64,000 nucleotides of DNA from Rhodosorus marinus CCMP1338 (taxonomy: Eukaryota > Plantae > Rhodophyta): positions 2,604,001 through 2,668,000 of the forward strand of contig JAMWBK010000002.1 in assembly GCA_029953675.1 (NCBI GenBank). The letters are read 5' to 3'. Positions 1-12,359 of the stretch are shown here, one piece after another (position 1 is the stretch's first letter; each line of letters begins with the position of its first letter). Below the pieces are notes generated by a model. It saw nothing but the letters and a program-made list of their open reading frames with translations. It was not told the DNA's origin and did not search any database. The translations under genes and the position numbers were made by a program.

Positions 1-134
1 GTAAAGGTGGAGCCCGATCCTACGATCCTAGGCCTTCGACGGGAACTGAAGATAAACCCCATGAACTTCGTTCGGCCCCTGAAAACGGCGCATAACTGAT
101 AGTCGAGTCTAGCAACGAAGCCTCCAAAATCCAT
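1..134 (-). CDS. 5' end of a gene running off the window; N-terminus resembles a plastid transit peptide
   Basis: Stop-free frame from ATG 134 to the window edge: MDFGGFVARLDYQLCAVFRGRTKFMGFIFSSRRRPRIVGSGSTF. It is R/S/F-rich and divergent from the gene at 498. Too short to identify. Confidence 0.4.
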   Translation of the reverse strand, partial: MDFGGFVARLDYQLCAVFRGRTKFMGFIFSSRRRPRIVGSGSTF

Positions 135-497
135 CCCCAATCAGCCGGGAATTTGTACATCTCGAATTTTTGTATTTCACGAATTTTTGAAAGGGTAGGG
201 TTGCCGATGAGATTTTTTCCTCCCGTGCCCGAGAAGGAAATGGCCCAAGGTTTGTATTAATAATAAAAAAGCATCGGTTTTCGTGGGATGAGGATTTTTC
301 CTTTTCTGTTGGACTTGGAAGGGAGGAAGAGAGGACTCTTAGGCTGCTTTTGGTGTTGAGGCGAGGGTTGGGGGGCGCGGGGACGTGGGCGATGTAGAGG
401 GTTGTTTGGTAGGGCGTTTCGGGGATAAAGAACTTAGGAAAGGATTTTCGGTTGTAGATAAGGGGAAGAGTTTTTTTTTGAAACTTGTTTTTATATC

Positions 498-1352
498 ATG
501 GAAGCGTTTTTGAACCTTAATGTCGCCGGCGTTGGGAGCTTGGCTGCGCGGAGGAGGAGCTGTTCACCGAGAGCTAGGCCGAGGCCTCTTGGGATGACCC
601 AGATGGCGTCGTTTGATCGGGTATTAGGTGACATGATGAAGTTTCCAAAAAGCTTGTTTGAGAAGAAACCGAAGGAAATGCATGGGGCTATCTCAAGTAG
701 TGACATTGATAGTGGCATGGAGAACCGTGAACTGATGATCCTTACCACTACGATAGTCGCCAAAGAGAACAGTCAGGATAAAATGGTGAGTTACATCGTG
801 GACAAGAAATGTATGGTTACAATCCGTTGCTCAAGGGGTCAAAATTGCTATGTGTGTTTTCTGTTGAGATAGGCGGTCGCGTTGAAGAAACTCCAAGACG
901 CGACTGTGGAACTAGAGGTCCCGGACGTATGCAAAACGATTGTGGTGAACCAGGATCCGGTAAGATGAGCATAGAAAACAGTTTGGGATGTGAAAGCGTT
1001 CTAAACAGTGCCTTTGCTTTTTACAGGAGGAGTTGAACGTATTTCAAATGATTGAGGTTTTGGTTGGACTCAATGGGATGACCTCGCATCAAAAGAGCTC
1101 CCACTATCAGACATTTATTCGTGAAGCGCAGCCCTTGCTTGAAAATAGTCTCGGTGTACATATCTGTCGAGTAAGCTCTGGTTGAGACAGCCTGGGAGCT
1201 TCACGTTTTTGTTGTCCTAACACATCGCCGAGCGTTTGTTTTGTTCTGCTGTTCAGGTACGTGACGGACAGGTTTCTGATGGACTATATCCTTTTGGACC
1301 CGGCGGAGAAGGAGGAAGGGACGACATGGTCTATTCAGGAAAGACGGTCTAG
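498..1352 (+). CDS. Plastid-targeted ABM (antibiotic biosynthesis monooxygenase / YgiN-LsrG-like dimeric alpha-beta barrel) domain protein, 4 exons
   Basis: Exons 498-785, 873-959, 1027-1170 and 1257-1352 join in frame through GT-AG introns of 87, 67 and 86 nt. Product: MEAF-type transit peptide, then LMILTTTIVAKENSQDKMAVALKKLQ...VNQDPEELNVFQMIEVLVGLNGMTSHQKSSHYQTFIREAQPLL, matching the ABM pattern (F-x-x-x-E ... H-x-x-S-x-H-Y). Confidence 0.65.
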
Positions 1353-1719
1353 GTTTTACGTCAATCGCAGCTATACACAAGCTAGCTCCATATGAATGTA
1401 TCGATAATAAATGGGACAGACTCAATTCGGAAAGGTTCACATCGAAGCTCAGACCGGCTAGTTCGGTGCTTTTCTCACCGGATTCATTCACAGGCAAACG
1501 CTTGCATTACTGTGCTCGAAAACGAAACGAAAGCGGAGACGCACGCGAAGACGGAGATTCCTCTACATTCCTGAGATCTGCCGGAACTCTAAACAAGATG
1601 TCAACCACGACAGGAAACAACAAAAAGAAAAGAAAAAACAGAAGACGTGAGCATTAACCAAACCATTCGTTTGGAGAATCCATTGCATATTCCTATCAGG
1701 CGATCTCCCCCCAATCCAA

Positions 1720-1772
1720 ATTCCGCCTCCCTCATCCACCCCCAACAATATTCCGCCTCCCTCATCCACCCC
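1720..1772. repeat. 23-bp direct repeat, 2 copies, 30-bp period
   Basis: ATTCCGCCTCCCTCATCCACCCC at 1720-1742 and 1750-1772. Confidence 0.95.
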
Positions 1773-2460
1773 AGCCTTCTACAGTCCTACTTTCAAAATC
1801 ATTGAAAAAAAGAAAACGAACTTACGTGATTTCGAGCACACCGAAGACTCATCTAAACAAAATAATTGTAAATGATTGTATTTTTGATCAAAATACACCA
1901 ATTCCATCATAATTGGTTTATAAAACAATCAAAAATCACTATTAACCAATGAAAACTTCGTATGTAACTCTAATATGCCAATAAAAATTGCTGTTTAGTT
2001 ATAATGATTGACTAGATATCCCTGTGAAGCCGAATTTGGCGGGAGGTCAATTTTGTTTTCGAAGCGAGGGTCCTCTCACGACGTTTGACAAGACCAGGTT
2101 TGCATAGGGGGAGGGTGGGAAACTGTCTGTGGGTAGGAGTGATGTAAATGCTCTGAAAGAGAGAACTGAACTGGATGGTACAGAGCAATAGCTCAGGATT
2201 AGTAAATTCTTGGAAATTTCTTACATACGTTTGAGAAACGTATGCAAGCGAGTGAGCGGGTTTACTGAGTGTGGTTCCAGGCGTTTGCCGTGAGGTGTTG
2301 CTTCGTCGGGGATTGTTCGGGCTTCTTGGACGACTGCTTTGCTTGCGAACAGACGTGGTTTTTGTAGTGGAAGGTTTTATGATTGTGTAGTATGACTGGA
2401 AGTGAAGCATTGGCTGGCCTTGGTTGAGTTGGGCTGTTGTTGTATTGTTTCTGTTCGGCC

Positions 2461-5400
2461 ATGGCGGACACTGATTTTGAGGTGGAGGGCGTTGTGGACT
2501 CCTCCAGTGTGCTCGAGGAGCTCGTGCAGTCCGGACAGGTGCCTTCCTCAGAATACTTGGATGAGCTTCAAAAATTGCCCAGTAGTGATCCTCAAACTCT
2601 CGAACATTGTGATTCACCCGAGTTCGGATCGCGACTGGCTGAGCTCGCAGACGGCCCGAAGGGCAAGCTGAGCAGAGCCTACGTAAAAGGCGGGAAAATC
2701 GAGCAAGAACTTATCGAGCGCCTTCGGAATGTCCAACTAGAGCTGAAGGGTTTGGAGCAGGGATACCGAAACCACGCGCTCGAGGATCTCGCCATTTCCC
2801 TCGTCGAGGATGATCTTCTTCAGAGCCAGAGCAAAGAAGTCCGCATTTTGCTCGCTTGCTGTCTTGCTGATGTCCTTCGGGTGTTCGCGCCGAGCGCACC
2901 TTATGAAGAACCGATGCTGAAGACGATTTTCGTCTTGTTTGTAAGGCAGTTACGTGGCCTTGAAGATGTTGAAAGCCCGCTCTGGAGTTTCACGTACTAT
3001 TTGTTGGAAAAATTGTCTCTAGTCAAGGCGTTTGTGATGGTGGCAGATGACGAGGATATTGTCACCAAGACATTTGAGAACCTGTACTCCGCTATGCAGG
3101 AGAATCAATCATACAAGGTCCTCACTCTGGTACAGAACATTTTAGTTACAATTGTTGAGGAGACAACGCAGCCCGTTCAGCAGTGGCTATTGGACGTGCT
3201 ATTGCAACCGCTGGTTGCTGGTCGTGACTCTGGAAAAGATATTGCCTACAGCGTGCTCCGCCGTAGCACATCCATCCTTCAGTCGCCAGTGTCAAACTTT
3301 CTCAATTCTTTGCTTGCACAGGACAGTCGGCTACAGACGTAAGCATCATGGCGCCACATACACGCACAAGCGAAGCTCATACTTGATTTTTTCTCAGAGG
3401 TTTCGCTCGTTTTCTTTTCTCAGTGAACTGGTTGACTACAAGGAGGACCTGATCGTCGCTTTGAATAAGGTCTCATCAGAGTTTCTTCTTTACGTTATTC
3501 CTAACCTCGAGAGAGAGCTGACCTCCGGGGTGGAGGCCAATCGCAGAGGTGCCGTTGCTATTATGAGCAGGGTGTTTTCAGAACCGGATTCCTCGGCAGT
3601 GAAAGACTATCCCACGCTTTACAAAGGTTTTTTGCGCCGAGCAACGGATATAGAGCCCCTAATTCGAAAACAAACTATTGCTGCATGTCGTGATATTGTT
3701 GAGGCTCACTCGTGGACAGCGACGGATATTCTACCCGCCCTTGAAGGCCGCCTAATGGATACTTCTGAAGAAGTACGAGAACTTGCCGTGGAAACTATTT
3801 TCGCCCTGAACAAGCTCACGAAAGAGGAGACGTTAGCCGTCGCGTCGGAGAGAATGATGGACAAGCACGTCGGCACTCGGCGGAAAGCGGTGACGTGCGT
3901 CCTTGAGCTGCTGACGGAGACGATTAAATCATGGGGCGGCGTAGTTGCGCCAAGAGAGCTGGTTGATATTGATGATGTTCCAGTGTGGGCTGTGCAGAGT
4001 TCGCTGAGAAGTGCAAAGGCGCTGAGCAAAACAGCGGACAGGAGGAGCCTGTATCCAATCGAACGGGCTCTGTTTGAGGAATCGCTTGTGGAGACAGAAT
4101 CCTACGAGACTCGCGTTGCGATCTGGTTGCACGTCTTTGACGAAATTGAAGAAGACCAGCGGGAGCTTCTGCGTGAGCTTCTCAGTTCTAGGGAATTAAT
4201 TCGGAAACGTTTCAGAGCAGCCATCAAGTATCGAAAACGTTCCATTCTCGAGGCAGGAGACCATGCACTTATCTGTAGTTGCGCTGCGAACGACTCCAGC
4301 GAGATCCTCACTGACGAAGAATACGGAACGGCCCTCTCGGTGGTCGCAAAACACCATCCAGCCATTGATGGTACAGAAAGCTCTAGTCTCAAACACCTCA
4401 AAACCATTTTCAAGGCTGTAGACATAAGCGTCTTCGATGATCTAACCACCATATGTGATGAGCAATCCAGCAACGAGGTTGTGTCTGCCGCCGCGGAATC
4501 CGTTGTCGCAAAATTCGACAAGGCCCAGCAAGCGAGATCGTTCCTAGTGGACCAAATAATCCCCTGGGGTCGTGAAGAAATTTTCTCAGAAGACTTCCTG
4601 CGCACATCGGCTAGTATTGCTACGCAGCCTCCGAAGGTGAGGCCGAATACTGACAGCGATCTTGTCCAATGATTCAAACTTTCGTGGGATATGAATTGAA
4701 ACAACCGTCTTCGGTCCTGCCTTCATGTGGTTAAGGGAATGGTTCCGCTTAGAAATTTCGCGGAGTGGTTTCTAGGGGCAGCTGCATCGGTCGTTCCGCG
4801 ATCGTTTGAGGGCATTAGTGAGGCCATTGCAGATCTTTTGTTGACTACACCAAAACCTTCAACAGCTTTGCAAGTTTTGTCCTCTATTGGCGAGTGTTTC
4901 CATATCCATGGACCCCGAATGTCAGCCGTGAACAAGAAACTGGAGGAAATTTCCCTATCCAGCGATTACAAGGACGCCAAATGGGCTGCAAGGGCGTTAG
5001 TTCAAATGAATGGAGATGATGCAAGTCTCCCAGTATGGACGCAGCTTTTGCGCTCGATCGAACGATGCCTTGATGTAGGAGAAGGAGACGGGCCGGAAAC
5101 GGTTCTAGGAGCTTTGACAACGCTTTCCCAGATTGCTTCTCGGAGTAAATCGGTTTGGCCACTCATATCTACGAAGGCAGTTGAATTCTCGTCCCGACTT
5201 TTGAAGGGTGAACTGGAAATGACGGTAAGGACGCAGGAAGGATCAGCGTGGAACCTCAGGCCTTACCACTAGAACTCCATTGCGTTTTTATTTTTGAACC
5301 TGATTACTACAGCAAACCCGGAAGACCAAATATGCCGAATGCTGCAAACGGGCTATGAAAATCTTAGTCCACTCCGCGCGGCAGTCCCATGAAGGCAACC

Positions 5401-7211
5401 GTTCTTCTGCGGCGAGTACAATGCAAGAGACGCTATCACTGCTGCTAACCGTGGCGGAGAGCAATGGAGACGTCTTTAACGTGCATTCAGGAGATGAAGA
5501 GGCCTCCGCAGAGGATCCTGAATGCGCAAGAGTTAGGCTAGCGTCTGCTTGTGGGGTCCTGAGCCTTTCCAGATCTCTCAGCCCGGAAAATTTTCCCATG
5601 ATATGCCCCAGTAATTTCCTTAGAACTGTGCTCATCGCACAGGACGTGCACCCCGACGTGCGGGTTTCATTTGCGGAGAAAATCTACAAAGGAATTCTTC
5701 ACAAGAGACTGCAGATACGATGGATGGTCGGATTTATTCTTATGGCGGTTGACCCTGACAAGGAGAATACTGATACGGTGAAGAAGTGCACTACCAACCT
5801 CGTCAGAATTTGGCGGCTAAAAGTGGAGGACTTCAAGAAAAGAGAGGGGAAGAACGACATAAGAAAAGTACTTCCTATGCTCCCTGAAAGCGTTCTACCG
5901 AGCGTGATATGGATGCTCGCTCATCATCCAGACGCCAAAGTGGATGAGGAGAAGGGATTTCCTGATACGAAGAAATACTTAGAGTTCTTCTTCAGTCGTC
6001 TACTAGTCCAGAGTGACTACGCCTCATTTTTGCACCAGATTCTGCAGGTAGGTCTCGCAAGAACTAGAGCAGCACGCTCATCTACTCGAATCTAATAGTC
6101 GAGTGCGCACTTTCTTCATACCCAAGACTGTGGTGCTTTCACAGGACGCCACAGACCCATTACCGGAAGGAGACGAGACCTTGCCGACTGCATATCAGCG
6201 AGGAGCAGGAACACTGATGATCCGAAAGGTTGCCAACCTAGGCATTACTATGTTGGTCGATATGCAGAGTGGACGAAAATGGGACCTCACACAGTTTCCA
6301 GGGAGGTTCTTTCTCCCCGAGGAACTGTTCGTCACGAAGCAGGTCTCGAGGACATTGCTTCGAGCCGCGAAAGAAATGGACAAGACTCAGGCTTCCTCGC
6401 GATTAGAAAAGGGTACGTTGAATGGGCACGAGCAACTTGCGCTGCTTTTCGGGGCTAACAGTAGCATGTTTGCTCCCCACAGTAGGACCAGACCCAAGCG
6501 CGAGCAGAAGACGTGCGAAAAAATCGTTCAAGGCCTTTGAAGATGAACCCGTTGAACCGACACATAGCGCTCCGGTGGCTCAGTCCAAAGCACGAGAACG
6601 GTCGAGCACGTACCGCGATAGCGGATTAGAAGCTCCTAAGAACAAGGATGAAGGAATATCGGCCAGGGCTCTACGACAGATCGCTCGGAACCAAGACCCG
6701 GAGGGCGTGAGATTAAATCGAAGCTCGAAAGAGCTTGATGGTACGACTTGAGGAGCCAACTGTCAGAATTTTGAAGAACAATACTTCGCTAAGAGCTAAC
6801 TAAATACTTTTCAACTGCCACGCAGATGAAAAGCAACAAGCTGATGTAAAGTCGAAGTCCGCAGGAAATGAGCAGATGAATGAAACCTCCGAAGAGCCAA
6901 AGACTCCGTTTGAGTTGCCAAAGGCCAGGAGGAGCACTAGATCGCGGAAGCGCAACATCGGTTTTGGTGGTGAAAACCAACTGGAAGCAACGCCAACGTC
7001 AGCTCCAGTGCGGAACACCCAACAACGCGGAAGTCACATCGAAGAAGATCAGGAGATACCCGGACTGCCAACCGATACTCGTAGCACGCCGCGACGGGAA
7101 AGAAAAAAGCCGAAGCGCTATGAAGAAGATGCAGAAGATGGCGTGACGAACAGTGCAAAAAGCAGCACTGGTTCCGCCTTATCGCGAAATTCAGCAGCCA
7201 AAGCGCGATAG
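2461..7211 (+). CDS. PDS5: Sister chromatid cohesion protein PDS5 (HEAT repeats, charged low-complexity C-terminal tail), spliced
   Basis: Signature SKEVRILLACCLADVLRVFAPSAPY, also FLRRATDIEPLIR and LPESVLPSVIWMLAHHPD. ORFs 2437-3342, 3152-4672, 4727-5272, 5355-6095, 6103-6540, 6422-6751 and 6876-7211 are linked by about six GT-AG introns (first 3339-3423). Confidence 0.93.
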
Positions 7212-8010
7212 TGACATTATTAACCCAAAACAAAAAGCCAGCCCACCCAGAGCTGGCCGATATTATTGTTCGTTACCCTGAACCAGCAACCCAAACCCGA
7301 CCGCCACAATTCACCTGGGCAAGGAGACAGGTCAAGTCAACTCCAAGTACTAAATATAATATGCGCATCTCAATACAACGCAACCACGTATTCGATCCCA
7401 CTGCTTCCAAAGATCCATGACCGTTATCTCGGCTACAACCCTTTTGCCGAAAACAGAGCCCGCCCGAGGCCATCGCCCAGCAGAAAAAAATGTAAGATCC
7501 GTTGGGATCGGCTGGACTTAATTGGTTAAGTTCGGGAATTCAGCCAACCAAAAATCCAGCCTTGATAATATTGACTGAACGACACTTACTAACCAATTAA
7601 CGAATAGAATTTTCTGACGTTCCGATATAGAAAAACCAATGAGATTGTTGTCTAATCGGCACGGTGACAAATAGTGTCCGCTGGAATATACCCGTTGAAG
7701 GGGAGCCCCTTCCAGATTTGCCATTTGGAGAGGAACAGGCTGTACAAAGGGGATCAATGATTACGACTTAGCTACTGCGGTCGGAGGAGATTTTTTATTG
7801 TTTTGGGAGGGGTTAAGTAGTCTGTTCGGGTATTTAGAAGGCTGAAACTCTGCATGGGGGAAAGCGGGAAGCTTGGTTTTGTTTTTGTTCTTGTGGGTAG
7901 TTTTGGGTGGTTTTTTCTGCGTTCGTGGGTGGGGCGGGTTTGCGGGTTTTTGGGGCCCGGATGAGGAGAGTCTTGAGTGTGGTAGGAAAAGTGCATAGCA
8001 AGGGAGTAGT

Positions 8011-9934
8011 ATGAGTATTGCTGCGGCAAGAGCGGCTAAGCTGCCGAAGTTGGTTGTGCTGGGAACAGGATGGGGATCGTTTAGCTTTCTGAAAAATATT
8101 GATGCGTCCAAATTCAATGTATCTGTGGTTTCGCCGCGAGATCATATGTTGTTCACCCCGCTGCTGGCGAGTACAACCGTTGGGACGTTGGAGCATCGTT
8201 CGGTCATTGAATCGCTCAGGCCCATGGCTGCTACAAAGGGGGTCAAATTCTATCAGGTTGGTAGAGAGACACACCATCCTCCAGGAATTAAGGTCTATGC
8301 TCTGGGTAGGAAACTGACTCGTCGTTGGTTTTCCTTAGGGAGAGGCGCTAACCGTAAATCCGGAGAAGCGAACGGTGACAGTAGGAAAGGCAGTGCTTGA
8401 TCGATTCAAGCGTGAACACAGAAAACTGGACCTGTCGGCCTTGGGTGAACAGTTTACTCTTCCATATGATGCGCTCGTTGTCGGTGTTGGTGCAGTTCCG
8501 AACACCTTTGGTATTCCGGGAGTTGAGGACAACACATTTTTCTTGAAGGAAGCACGAGACGGCAAGCTCATCCGTGGAAGAATTCATGATTGCTTCGAAG
8601 CGGCTTCGTACCCAATGGAAGACGAGGACAAGGCTTCTGTTGAAGCAAGGAAAGCTCTTCTCACGTTTTGCGTTGTGGGGGGAGGCCCGACGGGTTGCGA
8701 ATTTGCAGGTAGGAAACCCACTCGATGATGAAGAGAAAGAACCGGGACGTGTAAGGGCATTTGCAATCGGAGCTTGTTCTCAACGGATCTGTTCTTGTGT
8801 CTACTGCAATCAATGACGAGTTTGTCTTTAGCCGAGTTGACCGATTTTATCAATCAGGATGTCGGAAGAGCATATCCGAACGCTTTCTCCGGAAGCACCC
8901 ACCTGTGGCCTCGTGTGATTCTCTTAGAGGCTTCAGGCGAACTTCTAGGTGCATTTGACACCTCTCTGAGATCGTATGCGCTAAGAAAACTTCATAAAAG
9001 TGGGAACTGCGAAGTCCGACTTGGAGCCGCGGTCGAAAGGGTTGAACCAGGAGTTATCGTATTGAAGGTTGGGTTTTTGTCAACAGGGATATGTCCGCTG
9101 ACAGTCCTATGAGACAAGCTGATTATCCAGTACGCTAGGCGTGGACGACAAGGCACCCCGCTGACGAAATTTCGTCTTGGAATCCGTAGGGTGGAGAGAA
9201 GATTCGGTGTGGTTTGGTCGTGTGGAGCACTGGTATTGGACCAAGAAAGTTCGTAGCGGAAGGGATGAAGTGGGCAAAGAGAACAAACGGAAGAATAGAG
9301 GTCGATGATAGGTTACAGCTCGTTGATCCAAAAGGGAAAGGTAGGATCTTCGCGATTGGTGATTGTGCTCAAGTCAGCGGCTCAATCTACCCCGCCATAG
9401 CACAGGTATGAGGCTACTCCTACTTCTCACTTGAGCTGGGTCTAGCAATGGAAACAAGCAGCACCTTGTCGAGTCCTGTTCAGAGACGCTTGCCGGTCTT
9501 ACAACTTCGCTCTCTCGGCATTGTCGCTCAGGTCGCTGAACAGCAGGGCAACTACCTCGCCAAAGCTCTGAATACCAAAGGAATACCGGATAAGGATATC
9601 ATCAACAGTCAGGAGTCGTTTCGGTTTGCTTCGAAAGGTTTGAAACAAAATAACATCGATTGGAGCCCCATCGATAATACTCCCTGCTTGGCGCTGACCA
9701 GTCTTTCATCCTTTATCGACAGGCATGCTCGCTTATCTTGGCAACTACTCAGGCGTGGCATCGTTGGTGTCACAGGACAAGGCTGGAAAGGACGTAAAGA
9801 TGAAGGGGCATATTGCTTGGCTGCTCTGGCGCGGGGCATACTTGAGCAAACTGGGAACTTGGCGAAATCGTCTGCAAGTTCCAGTCGATTGGGCGAAAAC
9901 GCTATTATTCGGCCGCGACCCGTCCAGATTTTAG
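8011..9934 (+). CDS. Type II (rotenone-insensitive) NAD(P)H:ubiquinone oxidoreductase, NDA/NDI-like, spliced
   Basis: FAD motif VVLGTGWGS, SPRDHMLFTPLL, NADH motif VVGGGPTGCEFA, FAIGDC, AQVAEQQG, WLLWRGAYL, and C-terminal DWAKTLLFGRDPSRF. Several GT-AG introns. Confidence 0.93.
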
Positions 9935-10164
9935 GCCAGTGCAAGCTGTTGACTACCCACTTGACGCTCTTGTTCAGTTCCGTCAAGGATTCCTCGATGC
10001 CAAGTTTTCTTCAATGGTTTCGGCATAACAAGGGATGGCCTATGATACCTTGCACCTCACGGCCTGATTTAGATCAGTGCGGACATTGCGACGACTGCTA
10101 ATAAGCGTGTTAATATCTTGACCGTAATTTTTCTGTTACATAATTTGACACCATCTATTTGACG

Positions 10165-11823
10165 TTAATCTCCTCTCTGAAAGCGTTCTTGTACCCACTT
10201 CTGTCCAGTAAGCTGCTCCCTAACACATCCACTCACCGGTAGCCTACGCCGGTGCATGAATTTCCAGACTCTCCACAGGCCGTCACTGTTTTCCGAAGAG
10301 AGATGCGCGTGCAGTGCCAAGTTCGCACCGACTTGTTCGTCCAACTTGCCCAGCTTTACCAGTCGGGAGAGCTCACGTTCAACTTCCTCAGGATCTTGGC
10401 CAGGGCTTGTACATAATAATACGATATTTGCAAAGACGGTAATGGAGTCTGCACACTTTGCAAGTTCCTTGAGCAACTCGACCACGCAGGTGTCAGGACC
10501 AAACTCTGCCACATACGCTTCCAATACTATTCTATACGTTTCACGGTCCGCTTTGATGTTTGAGTGATTCATTCTTCGCAGCCAGCGCCGTGCGTCCCTG
10601 GTTTCGCGCGTCCGAAGATACCCCTCAACCATCACATTACATATCTCCACATCTGGGGGGGTTCCGCGGTTGGTCAGCTCCTTCTGCTTCTCCTCTGCGG
10701 CTGTCATATCTCCTGCATAGGACATAGCACGGACAGTCATCTTGCTGGAAGCAACAGAGGGCTCGCGCAGTTGGTTGTACACATCCATTGCATCTTCCTT
10801 CCGTCCCCGCTCCGCATAGAACTTCAGAAGCGCCACAAGCGATAGTTCTTCGACAGCCAGCTCGAGGTCTAGAAGCTTGTTCTTGACGGCCAGGGTCTGA
10901 GCTAAATCCCCGCAGAGAAGGTAAGCACGGAGCAGGCTATTCAGCATCTCGGGGTCATCATCCCGCTTCAGCAGGATTGCCCACAGGTGATACATCCTGA
11001 CCGCGGCAAGGTTGCCATTCTCGCCATACACTTTGATGATGCTCGCGAGCAGTTTTGTAGTTCGTTGACGACCCGGAAAGTCCTTTTCAAAGTCCTCGAA
11101 AATGGACTCAGCTGAACGAACGTCGTCGAGAGCTCCAAAAGCTTCAATCGCTTGCGCACAATCATCGAGGGTGATCTGGAAATTGCTCGCTGTCTTCATG
11201 CGCTTCCACGTACTCTGCAGGCCAGGGAGATCCTTCCTGTAACCATCTAACAGGATGAGGAAGGCTTGTCTGTCTGGTTGTTCAGGTAAATCCTCCAGAC
11301 AAGCGAAGATCAGCTCAGCACGATCCATTTGCGCTGCTGTAACATATCCACGAAGGACGTCTTTGTACGTTGCCGCACTGGACTTGACGCCGTAGTCGGC
11401 CTGAAAACTTCGGAGCTTGTTAATCTTCTCAACGATTCCGTGGTTGGCGTAGACTCTCATCATCGCGCCCAGAACTGGTTCTTCCGGAGTGAAACGAAGG
11501 AGGTAGTCTTCGAAAATCATCTCCGCCTTCTCCACAGAATGCAGTTCGCCGAACGCTAGAATCAACCTCCCAAAGTACCATCCCGACTCCAACCTTCCCG
11601 CCTCCCGATCCCTTCTATAAAACTCCTCCGCGTCCGTCAAACGCCCGAGCTTCAGCCGGCCTTCAATCCTGTTCACGTGCCGGGCCAACTTTACCCGCCT
11701 CACATCAGCTTCCAGCCGTTGCTTCTCAGAACAAACCGCGGTTAGTCCACAACCTCCACGCTGACTATTCCTCCCTCTCAACAACCCAGCACATTCCACA
11801 AACCCGCTCAGGTTCATTTCCAT
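10165..11823 (-). CDS. Pentatricopeptide repeat (PPR) protein, 552 aa, intronless
   Basis: Repeated ~35-aa helical units such as VLGAMMRVYANHGIVEK, TYKDVLRGYVTAAQMDRA, MLNSLLRAYLLCGDLAQT and ICNVMVEGYLRTRETRDARRWLRRM. Confidence 0.88.
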   Translation of the reverse strand: MEMNLSGFVECAGLLRGRNSQRGGCGLTAVCSEKQRLEADVRRVKLARHVNRIEGRLKLGRLTDAEEFYRRDREAGRLESGWYFGRLILAFGELHSVEKAEMIFEDYLLRFTPEEPVLGAMMRVYANHGIVEKINKLRSFQADYGVKSSAATYKDVLRGYVTAAQMDRAELIFACLEDLPEQPDRQAFLILLDGYRKDLPGLQSTWKRMKTASNFQITLDDCAQAIEAFGALDDVRSAESIFEDFEKDFPGRQRTTKLLASIIKVYGENGNLAAVRMYHLWAILLKRDDDPEMLNSLLRAYLLCGDLAQTLAVKNKLLDLELAVEELSLVALLKFYAERGRKEDAMDVYNQLREPSVASSKMTVRAMSYAGDMTAAEEKQKELTNRGTPPDVEICNVMVEGYLRTRETRDARRWLRRMNHSNIKADRETYRIVLEAYVAEFGPDTCVVELLKELAKCADSITVFANIVLLCTSPGQDPEEVERELSRLVKLGKLDEQVGANLALHAHLSSENSDGLWRVWKFMHRRRLPVSGCVREQLTGQKWVQERFQRGD

Positions 11824-12359
11824 ACCCTCAGAAGAGCACGCCTTTGTTCACTCAATCGGATGACTCTGGAAGCTTGGCGTGACCAGCTCTACTTCCCGGT
11901 GGTCAAGCAAAAATTAAAAGTAGATAACCTTCCAATCCATCTAAACATCTGGCAAAAAAACACCAACTACTCCAGAAACCGCCACAGGTGGTTGTCAATG
12001 ATCTCCATCCTTTTCATCACCACTCCTTTCGCCGAATGCGAAGATGAAGCCAACTTTCCTCTCTCTCTCTCCCCAACCCCTTTCTTGTCAAAAGGAAGAT
12101 GATGAAATACTGGGGAAGATGCAGAAACCGTTTTTGGACTCAGCAAACCTAGCAACCCCTGAAGAAAGGAGGCAGAGAAAAAGGAGAAGAAGTTGATAAC
12201 GCCTTGTCCCCAGCAACGACGGCAGTTTGAAAAGCGCCAGAGAGTCAAAAACAGACACAGCACTGCGAGGAGGCTACCAAGGCGACCTCTGGTTCGCTTA
12301 AGAAAAGGAGCCGTCGAGAAGCAAAAACGCCGTAGACTAGAAAGACTAGAAACCCAAAC

